DNA of 50,065 nucleotides from Flavobacteriales bacterium (GTDB lineage Bacteria; Bacteroidota; Bacteroidia; Flavobacteriales_D; UBA2798): NCBI GenBank assembly GCA_046289975.1, contig JBKBUQ010000003.1, positions 1,252 to 51,316 of the forward strand, read 5' to 3'. Shown piece by piece: positions 43,201 to 50,065 of this stretch (position 1 is its first letter; each line of letters starts with the position of its first letter). The notes under the pieces were generated by a model. It saw only the letters and a program-made list of their open reading frames with translations, ran no database searches and was not told where the DNA came from. The position numbers and the translations under genes were made by a program.

Positions 43201-46047
43201 CTACAGCAAAACAGGCTCTGATGCGCCAAAACCAAGCTGCTCGTACAATACATTATGGATGCGCTTTGTAATTCCCAGTTTGATGATCTTTTTGTTTTCA
43301 GGATCGGGGTGCACCCTGTTGGAAATAAATACATAAATAAACTTTCGCTCCGGATCAACCCATACTGCTGTGCCGGTAAATCCGGTATGACCATATGTCG
43401 ATGCGCTTGCATAGGGAGAACAACCATAGGTACTTCCGCTCACCTGCATATTAAAGCCCAAGCCTCTGTGCGATCCGTTTTGTCGTGACGTGAATAATTC
43501 AACCGTTTCCCGCTTCAGATACCGATTCCCTCCATACTCTCCTTTATTCAGCAACATCTGAAACAACACCGCCATATCATAGGCATTGCTAAACAATCCG
43601 GCATTTCCGGCAACACCGCCATACAATGCAGCTGTAGGATCGTGAACATGTCCCTGAATCAATTGCCTGCGCCAGTAACGATCATTTTCTGTTGGTGCAA
43701 TTTCTTCTTTTTTGATTCCCTTTTGCAAGGGAATATAACCGGTTCGTTTCATGCCAAGTGGCTGATAAAACAATGAATCAACCGCCCTCTCCCAACGCAC
43801 TCCCTTTTTCAGTTTCGCCGCCAGCATGGTGTACAACAAATTCATGTTGGCATCCGAATAGGAATAGGGTTTTGCCGGATCAAGCCAGATCTTGTTGAGG
43901 TCCAGCCATAGCGTATCCAAACAATCCCGATCGAGGTAAAACGAATCGCCAACAACCAGTGAGAATTGCTTGCTGCGCTCATCGCAGAAATAGAGATCGT
44001 ATGGCGAACGTTCTTCATCAAAACGCATGAAACGAAATATATTCTGACCGGGTGGTAATCCGCTCGCATGAATCAACAATTGCCGGAAAGTAACATGCTT
44101 TAAACTGCTTCCCGAAGGGAGAAATTTATCCAGTGTATCGGGTAAATGCTTTTTTAAAGAGTCGTCCAATAAAAATTTTCCCTGTTCATACAGATGCATG
44201 GCCATCATCGTGGTTGCCGCTACTTTGGTCACACTGGCCATGTCGTACCGATGTTGCTGGTCGACCACCGTTTTCCGGTCGTAGGTGTGATGCCCAAAAC
44301 TTTTATGAAAAATGATCTTACTGTCATACGCCAGCAATACTTGTCCACCGGGCAAAGCATGATTTCGAATCGCTTCGTCCATAATAGCATCAATGCGATA
44401 AAGCGAATCGTTGGCTACACCAATTTCTTCAGGACGTGCAAATTTCAGACGTGTTGCATTTTGTTTTTTTCCATATCCTGCTTTGTAGGAACCGGTATGC
44501 ATTGTCAATTTACCCGAAATCGCTTCGGCGCCCAATAAAGCCCGCGCCAATGCCTCCTGAGCGAGTACATCAACACGATCGCTGTGGACAACTACAGCAC
44601 AGGACTGCAGTAAGGGTAGATCTGTTGTTTGTCCGGAGTGCACAACGATAAGATCCGGTCGTGAAAAAACAGATTTACAATTTGAATACTCCTCCGCACT
44701 TGGGGCAATATTGTTCAGGAATAAAACAATAGGAGAAAAACGTTTCAGGTTATCCGGTTTTTGTGCCGACAACTCATTAAAGTGATGGATGGGGATCCAA
44801 TTCACATCTGCATACCGTTGAATCTCTTTGCGGAACGCCATGTTTTCCTCCCCCATTGCAAGTACCATCATTCTTTTTTCCTGATGAAAACGAAGAGGGA
44901 ACTCTTCACTGCGTTCGTTGAGTAAAACCACCGAGCGTTCTTCAAGTTGTTGTGCAAAAACTTTTCCGAAGGCATGTTGCATTTTTCGCGGGCTAATCAA
45001 GTCTTCGCTTGTCCGAAAATTCTTCTTTCGTATCCACGATTTTGCCAAAAGAATTTTTCGCGTTCGTCGCTGTAACTCCTGCTCCGAAATTTCCCCACGC
45101 TTTAACATGTTAAGCGCAGCAGCGAAGACCTTGAAATGATCAGTGCCTGTAACAATTATCTCTACTCCCTCTGAAAACCATGTGCGTAACATTAATGATG
45201 GGTCTGGTTGGCCTTCCGGAAAACGCGCCAGTAACAACCCTTTAAAATCCAGATGATCTTCACAAAAATCACGAACCGCAATGGATCCATTTTTTAAATG
45301 TCGGCTCCAAAGCAATGCTGTATCAACTTCAATAACCGCAAGCCCGCTATCGCACAATGTGCGCCAGGGACGCAAAAGACTATCCGCATTGATGAGAGAA
45401 TCTTTTACAGGATCAAAAATGCGATCTAGTTTTCCTGCTACACCAAGAAGGTTTTTTTCTCCCGTGCGATGGAGGTACGATTGCAATAATTCTTCGCTTA
45501 ATGAAAAATGAACACTGGATGAATGTGGGAAAAACAAAAGATCGCAACCAACAGCGGGAAAAAGTTCGGTGCTCTGTCGGATAAACCGATTCGTAAAAGA
45601 AGTATCTCCAACACCAAATATCGCTCCTTTTTCAGTTATGATTTTATTGGGAGATGCAGCATAAAAAGGCGACTCATGACTCAAAATTAAAGGGACCTTC
45701 TGTTGCCGGATGACATATGCAGAAATGCGCAGCTGACGTTCGGGAAAATGACCGGAAAAAACGATGCCCCCGGGTTCAGGCATCCCCTTTTCAAAAACGA
45801 TCGAATCATCATCTTTTAGATTTGACAGAGGCAAAACCGGAAAAAACAATTGGGCAAGTTGTTCTTCCGGACTCAGGGTATTCAATACAGAATCGGCCCA
45901 TGAAGGATCAGTCTCAAGAAATGCTGCTTCCTTAAATACAGGAGGCAAAACATCCGGTTCCTTTTGCGCCGGCCAGAGGATATAGGTAAGGATCAAGGTC
46001 GTAAGCAAACCTGCGATCATCCATAAATTCCTCTTGTTTTTTGTCAT
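43201..46047 (-). CDS. Two-domain cell-envelope enzyme: GH3-like (NagZ-type, tentative) N-terminal region fused to a beta-lactamase/serine-hydrolase domain
   Basis: N-terminal TM anchor MTKNKRNLWMIAGLLTTLILTYIL. The C-terminal half has SxxK (MASVTKVAATTMM) and an HTG triad (YGHTGFTGT), as in class C beta-lactamase-fold hydrolases. The N-terminal assignment rests on common Bacteroidota architecture and is weaker. Confidence 0.7.
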   Translation of the reverse strand: MTKNKRNLWMIAGLLTTLILTYILWPAQKEPDVLPPVFKEAAFLETDPSWADSVLNTLSPEEQLAQLFFPVLPLSNLKDDDSIVFEKGMPEPGGIVFSGHFPERQLRISAYVIRQQKVPLILSHESPFYAASPNKIITEKGAIFGVGDTSFTNRFIRQSTELFPAVGCDLLFFPHSSSVHFSLSEELLQSYLHRTGEKNLLGVAGKLDRIFDPVKDSLINADSLLRPWRTLCDSGLAVIEVDTALLWSRHLKNGSIAVRDFCEDHLDFKGLLLARFPEGQPDPSLMLRTWFSEGVEIIVTGTDHFKVFAAALNMLKRGEISEQELQRRTRKILLAKSWIRKKNFRTSEDLISPRKMQHAFGKVFAQQLEERSVVLLNERSEEFPLRFHQEKRMMVLAMGEENMAFRKEIQRYADVNWIPIHHFNELSAQKPDNLKRFSPIVLFLNNIAPSAEEYSNCKSVFSRPDLIVVHSGQTTDLPLLQSCAVVVHSDRVDVLAQEALARALLGAEAISGKLTMHTGSYKAGYGKKQNATRLKFARPEEIGVANDSLYRIDAIMDEAIRNHALPGGQVLLAYDSKIIFHKSFGHHTYDRKTVVDQQHRYDMASVTKVAATTMMAMHLYEQGKFLLDDSLKKHLPDTLDKFLPSGSSLKHVTFRQLLIHASGLPPGQNIFRFMRFDEERSPYDLYFCDERSKQFSLVVGDSFYLDRDCLDTLWLDLNKIWLDPAKPYSYSDANMNLLYTMLAAKLKKGVRWERAVDSLFYQPLGMKRTGYIPLQKGIKKEEIAPTENDRYWRRQLIQGHVHDPTAALYGGVAGNAGLFSNAYDMAVLFQMLLNKGEYGGNRYLKRETVELFTSRQNGSHRGLGFNMQVSGSTYGCSPYASASTYGHTGFTGTAVWVDPERKFIYVFISNRVHPDPENKKIIKLGITKRIHNVLYEQLGFGASEPVLL

Positions 46048-46099
46048 GCGCAAATATCGAATTCTTCTGCAAACCCTTCAAATCCAAGTCCTGAAAATG

Positions 46100-46123
46100 A
46101 AAAAAGCCCCGCAAATGCGGAGC
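46100..46123 (-). terminator. Rho-independent terminator downstream of tRNA-Gln
   Basis: The minus-strand RNA reads GCUCCGC-AUUU-GCGGGGC followed by UUUUUU. One pair is U-G on the minus strand but C-A on the plus strand, which favours minus-strand function. Confidence 0.7.
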
Positions 46124-46131
46124 TTTTTTTG

Positions 46132-46202
46132 TTGCCCGAGCTGGATTCGAACCAACACAGTCAGAACCAAAATCTGAAGTCCTGCCATTAGACGATCGGG
46201 CA
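46132..46202 (-). tRNA. tRNA-Gln (anticodon UUG)
   Basis: The reverse complement UGCCCGA-UC-GUCU-AAUGGCA-GGAC-U-UCAGA-UUUUGGU-UCUGA-CUGU-GUUGG-UUCGAAU-CCAGC-UCGGGCA-A folds as a cloverleaf. The anticodon loop is UU-UUG-GU. CCA is not encoded. Confidence 0.85.
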
Positions 46203-46212
46203 ATCGCGGCTG

Positions 46213-46220
46213 CAAAAGTA
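46213..46220 (-). promoter_or_regulatory. Candidate -7 box TACTTTTG for tRNA-Gln
   Basis: The reverse complement of CAAAAGTA matches TAnnTTTG and ends 10 nt upstream of the mature tRNA 5' end. Confidence 0.45.
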
Positions 46221-46343
46221 ATAAAAGGCCATAACCTCACAAAAAAAAGTGAAGAAGCACTATTTCAGCCAAGCCGTTAAAATCCGTTAAGCACCAAATA
46301 AGGGGGATTTATTTTCCTATTTTCGCATCACTTTATAACGCGC

Positions 46344-49300
46344 ATGAATTACAAACTGTTGAACAACGTACTGGGCTGGCTGGCCTTTGCCATCGCAACC
46401 TGGGTCTATTTCGCAACTGCCGAAGAAACTGTAAGTCTCTGGGATTGTGGCGAATATATCTCTACCGCAAATACCCTACAGGTAGGACACCCTCCGGGAG
46501 CGCCTTTATTTAACATGCTTGGCCGACTCTTTTCTGCCTTTAGCGAACCACATGAAGCCGCACATGCCATTAACAGAATGTCGGCACTATGTTCTTCTTT
46601 TTCAATTTTGTTCCTATTTTGGACTATCACCTTTGTTGCCAAAAAACTGGCGACCATAAAAGGAGAAGAACTCAGCGAAGCAAAAATCATTGCCATTCTG
46701 GGTAGTGGATTTATCGGAGCTATGGCCTATACCTTTTCCGATTCATTCTGGTTCTCTGCTGTAGAGGGTGAGGTTTATGCAATGTCCTCTTTCTTTACCG
46801 CCATTGTAATCTGGGCCATCTTTAAATGGGATGCTGTTGCCGATGAGCCGGGGGCAGACCGCTGGATTATTTTTATAATGTTCCTGATCGGATTGTCGGT
46901 TGGTGTTCACTTGTTGAACTTGCTTGCAATTCCTGCGCTTGGTTTTGTGTATTACTTCCGCCGTTACAAACACTCTACAAAAGGATTCATTTTTGCCGGA
47001 ATCGGTTCCATCGTTATTCTGGGAATCATTCAGGCCATTATTATTCCAGGCATGGTGAGTATGCCGGCCTACTTTGAGCGTACTTTCAGCAATATGGGTA
47101 TGCCTTTTAATTTCGGCGCATGGTTCTTTTTCATTGCGCTGATCGGGTTGCTGGTGTACGGTATTATGTATACACACAAAAAGAAAAAATATTTCCTCAA
47201 TCTCGCCCTGAACAGTTTTGCAGTAGTAGTAATTGGCTATTCCTGCTTTGGAATGATCATGATCCGCTCGCAGGCCAATACGCCAATTGATGAAAACAAT
47301 CCCGAAAACTTTGTAACGCTTCTTTCTTACCTCAACCGCGAACAGTACGGAAGCTGGCCGATTGTAAGTGGACCCTATTGGAACTCTCCCATTACCGGAC
47401 AAAAAGACGGTAATCCCGTTTATATGCGTGGTTATGCCATTAAGCGCGGTGAGCGTTTGGTTAAAGGATTCCGTACGGAACAAGAGGCAAAAGATTACAT
47501 CGCAAAAAAAGGACTTGCCGGTGTAACTGTTAACGAAGAGTATTTTATTGCCGATGACCGCAAGGGGACAGAATATACTTATTCATCCGAACACACTACT
47601 GTCCTGCCACGTATGTTCAGTCGTGATTACCGTCACGTAATCGGTTACAAAAACTGGTCGAAATACGATGGCAGCGGAAAAGTTAAAGTACAGGGACGCG
47701 ATGGTCAGACCGAAGCTCTTCCCACCTTTGGCAACAACATCAGCTTCCTGATGAATTATCAGTTAGGCTGGATGTATTGGAGATACTTCATGTGGAATTT
47801 TTCCGGACGACAGAACGATGAACAGGGAACCGACGGAACTCCGCTGGAAGGGAACTTCATTACGGGAGTGAAGTTCATCGATAATGAACTGATCGGGAAT
47901 CAGGATAACCTTCCCGAACACATGAAGAGCAATCCTTCGCACAACCGTTTTTATCTTCTTCCATTAATTCTTGGTTTGATCGGTTTCTTCTGGCAACTTG
48001 TTCGCGATCCGAAAAACTGGTTTGTTGTATTCCTGCTTTTCTTCTTTACCGGTATCGCAATTATCCTCTACCTCAACCCAAAACCTTATGAGCCACGTGA
48101 GCGCGATTACGCTTATGTAGGATCGTTTTATGCATTTGCAATCTGGATCGGTATTGGTGTTTATGCGCTCTTTGATATAGCGAAAAACCTCAAGCTGCGC
48201 GACTTCGCATTCTTTGCAGGAGGAACAACAGCATTTACATTGATCCTTTACATGTTCGAAGGAAAAGAGGGTCACGCCTTTTCATACATCATGTTCTATA
48301 TCGCACTGGTTTCCTTTGCAGCCATGGCCATCATGATCCTCATGAATATGTTCGGAAAGAACGATATGCTTACTACCGCAACATCCATTTTACTTGCAGT
48401 ACCTGCCCCCTACCTGATGGCGAAAGAAGGTTGGGACGACCACAACAGAAGCAACAGAAGTACTGCTCTCGATCTGGCATGGAATTACCTGCAAAGTTGT
48501 GAGCCAAATGCCATCCTCTTCACCCACGGCGATAACGATACTTTCCCCTTGTGGTATGCACAGGAAGTTGAAAAAATTCGTCGCGATGTTCGTGTTGTCA
48601 ACCTCTCTCTACTGGGTACCGATTGGTACATCGATCAGATGGTGCGCCGCGCATACGAAAGTGCTCCGGTTCCATTTACATTCCCCGAACATATCTACCG
48701 TCAGGGTGGTGCTATTGATCAGGCTTTCGTAAATACGCGCAATGATAAATTCGAAGACCTGGTCTTCATGATGGATTCACTGCGCAACGACGATAACCAT
48801 GTACAACTTGATGCCGGTAGCAGTCGCCGGTTTGCTGTGCTTAACACACCTAAGCTTTACCTTAAAGTAGATAAAGAAGCTGTTAAAGCAAACAAAGTTG
48901 TGGGTGAGCATGATTACAACAAAATTGTGGACACCGTTAAATTCATTGTCCCAAAACCACAGGGATACATGTTCAAGAACGATGTAATGATTCTCGATCT
49001 GGTAGCCCACAATAATTGGGAACGTCCGATCTATTTCGCAGGAACTGCCGATGCAGAAACCTACTTGGGATTGGGGGACTATTTCCTAATGACAGGACTC
49101 AATTACAAATTGGTGCCGATGAAAAATCAGAATCCCAACCCAAGAGAGTTTGGTAAAATCGATACCGACACCATGTACAAAATGTTTATGGAAGTTTACC
49201 GCTGGGGGAACATGAATGGTGAGGGTGTTTATGTTGATTATTACACTCGTCGCCTTACCAATAACTACCGTCTTCAATTCCTGAATCTGGCCGAAGCACT

Positions 49301-49904
49301 CAATAGTGAAGCCCGCGAAGCACAAGGCAAACTCAGTTATTACCAGATGCAAATTCGCGTAACAGAAGACAGCCTCAAGCGTGGAAGCAACAGCGCAATG
49401 GAGCAGCGTCTTGTCAACCTGAAAGCTCAGGAAAAGAAAAACCAGGAAATCATTGAAGCGAAACACAACCGCGCATCCAAAGTACTTCGTCGTTCCTTGG
49501 AAGTTATGCCTGAAAAGAATGTTCCGTTCGACAGAATCGTTCCTTCCTACGTACCAATTGCGCTTGAAGCAGGCGACGATTCACTTGCAACTGCTCTTGT
49601 AGAACGATTGGTTGAGGTTAACGACGCCAACCTTCGTTATTATTTCAATGCAGGAGAACGTTTCTCGATCAACATGATGGATGATATTGATGTTTCGCGC
49701 CGCATTCTGATGATGATGTATCAAATCTGTACACAGTACAAGAAAGCGGAATTGTTGGCTAAAATTGAACCTGTTCTCAACGCACAAGACGCAGCATTTG
49801 CGTCCTGGATGAACAGAATCCTTCAGTACGATCGTCGCATGGGAATGAACAACCTCATGAGAAGCTTCCCAAATGAGATGCAGCAACTTTTCCAAATGCA
49901 ATAG
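46344..49904 (+). CDS. DUF2723 / TMEM260-like polytopic membrane protein (GT-C-fold glycosyltransferase-like)
   Basis: The N-terminus LGWLAFAIATWVYFATAEETVSLWDCGEYISTANTLQVGHPPGAPLF is characteristic of DUF2723. There are more than 10 TM helices and a large C-terminal soluble domain. Length 1186 aa. Confidence 0.85.
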   Translation: MNYKLLNNVLGWLAFAIATWVYFATAEETVSLWDCGEYISTANTLQVGHPPGAPLFNMLGRLFSAFSEPHEAAHAINRMSALCSSFSILFLFWTITFVAKKLATIKGEELSEAKIIAILGSGFIGAMAYTFSDSFWFSAVEGEVYAMSSFFTAIVIWAIFKWDAVADEPGADRWIIFIMFLIGLSVGVHLLNLLAIPALGFVYYFRRYKHSTKGFIFAGIGSIVILGIIQAIIIPGMVSMPAYFERTFSNMGMPFNFGAWFFFIALIGLLVYGIMYTHKKKKYFLNLALNSFAVVVIGYSCFGMIMIRSQANTPIDENNPENFVTLLSYLNREQYGSWPIVSGPYWNSPITGQKDGNPVYMRGYAIKRGERLVKGFRTEQEAKDYIAKKGLAGVTVNEEYFIADDRKGTEYTYSSEHTTVLPRMFSRDYRHVIGYKNWSKYDGSGKVKVQGRDGQTEALPTFGNNISFLMNYQLGWMYWRYFMWNFSGRQNDEQGTDGTPLEGNFITGVKFIDNELIGNQDNLPEHMKSNPSHNRFYLLPLILGLIGFFWQLVRDPKNWFVVFLLFFFTGIAIILYLNPKPYEPRERDYAYVGSFYAFAIWIGIGVYALFDIAKNLKLRDFAFFAGGTTAFTLILYMFEGKEGHAFSYIMFYIALVSFAAMAIMILMNMFGKNDMLTTATSILLAVPAPYLMAKEGWDDHNRSNRSTALDLAWNYLQSCEPNAILFTHGDNDTFPLWYAQEVEKIRRDVRVVNLSLLGTDWYIDQMVRRAYESAPVPFTFPEHIYRQGGAIDQAFVNTRNDKFEDLVFMMDSLRNDDNHVQLDAGSSRRFAVLNTPKLYLKVDKEAVKANKVVGEHDYNKIVDTVKFIVPKPQGYMFKNDVMILDLVAHNNWERPIYFAGTADAETYLGLGDYFLMTGLNYKLVPMKNQNPNPREFGKIDTDTMYKMFMEVYRWGNMNGEGVYVDYYTRRLTNNYRLQFLNLAEALNSEAREAQGKLSYYQMQIRVTEDSLKRGSNSAMEQRLVNLKAQEKKNQEIIEAKHNRASKVLRRSLEVMPEKNVPFDRIVPSYVPIALEAGDDSLATALVERLVEVNDANLRYYFNAGERFSINMMDDIDVSRRILMMMYQICTQYKKAELLAKIEPVLNAQDAAFASWMNRILQYDRRMGMNNLMRSFPNEMQQLFQMQ

Positions 49905-50065
49905 TCTGGTCAGAGCGAAAATTCCCCATATTGTTAAAGCATTGTATCAGGACCTGGAATGGATTATACCCGTTTCAGGTCCTGAACTTTTTATCACCTT
50001 CGATGATGGTCCTATTCCGGAAGTGACGCCTCGTGTTCTTGAGATTCTCAAAGCATACAATGCAA
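49873..50065 (+). CDS. Polysaccharide deacetylase (NodB homology domain), 3'-truncated by the window edge; start uncertain
   Basis: The frame-1 translation ...IVKALYQDLEWIIPVSGPELFITFDDGPIPEVTPRVLEILKAYNA contains the NodB motif TFDDGP. The nearest in-frame ATG is 49873, which overlaps the upstream gene by 32 nt. Confidence 0.6.
   Translation, partial: MRCSNFSKCNSLVRAKIPHIVKALYQDLEWIIPVSGPELFITFDDGPIPEVTPRVLEILKAYNA

Noticed and set aside
46132-46202. tRNA-Gln as the integration site of a genomic island
   Set aside because: There is no integrase, no direct repeat of the tRNA 3' end and no compositional break next to it. The flanking genes are ordinary envelope housekeeping genes.
46743-47483. 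246-aa minus-strand ORF, and similar long antisense ORFs at 29985-30431, 36009-36395 and 36778-37305
   Set aside because: All are embedded antisense in CDSs with strong motif support (DUF2723, ileS, TonB receptor). No motifs or signals were seen.
1-50065. CRISPR arrays, IS elements, prophage genes and rRNA
   Set aside because: No regularly spaced short repeats, transposase or integrase-like ORFs, phage structural genes or rRNA-like sequence were seen on either strand.

Overview
This is a chromosomal segment from a Bacteroidota-type genome. The evidence is many Sec signal peptides ending in AQ/SC, type A and type B T9SS C-terminal sorting domains, TAnnTTTG -7 promoter boxes and the ileS / dksA-like / lspA synteny. 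No transposase, integrase, CRISPR array or rRNA was seen. Housekeeping content: ileS, a DksA/TraR-like gene with a long Lys/Ala/Pro-rich extension, lspA, a TonB-dependent receptor, a GH3-family adenylating enzyme, a GH3-like/beta-lactamase-fold fusion, tRNA-Gln(UUG), a DUF2723 membrane glycosyltransferase-like protein and the start of a polysaccharide deacetylase. Signalling content: a TPR histidine kinase plus LytTR response regulator, and a TPR-SpoIIE phosphatase. Several T9SS cargo proteins are present (adhesin-like, LRR, SprB-repeat). The most unusual region is the AT-rich left end (1-10.5 kb). It holds a tightly packed, translationally coupled gene string: T9SS adhesin, then a putative outer-membrane barrel, then an FN3 secreted protein, then a metzincin-like protein ending in a TNT (NAD+ glycohydrolase) toxin domain. 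Two reading frames in this string are interrupted only by single in-frame stop codons. A three-gene operon converges on the toxin and overlaps its 3' end inside a 10-nt palindrome. A second AT-rich module (38.4-41.5 kb) holds an XRE regulator with twin palindromic operators, a detached signal-peptide mini-ORF, a Cys-rich protein and a T9SS cargo. It is bracketed by a degenerate relic copy of its own T9SS sorting-domain 3' end. Other findings are a ~130-nt intergenic element with a perfect long hairpin present twice, and a 108-nt tandem duplication that includes the 3' end of the SpoIIE gene. All domain calls come from motif recognition by eye. No database search was run.
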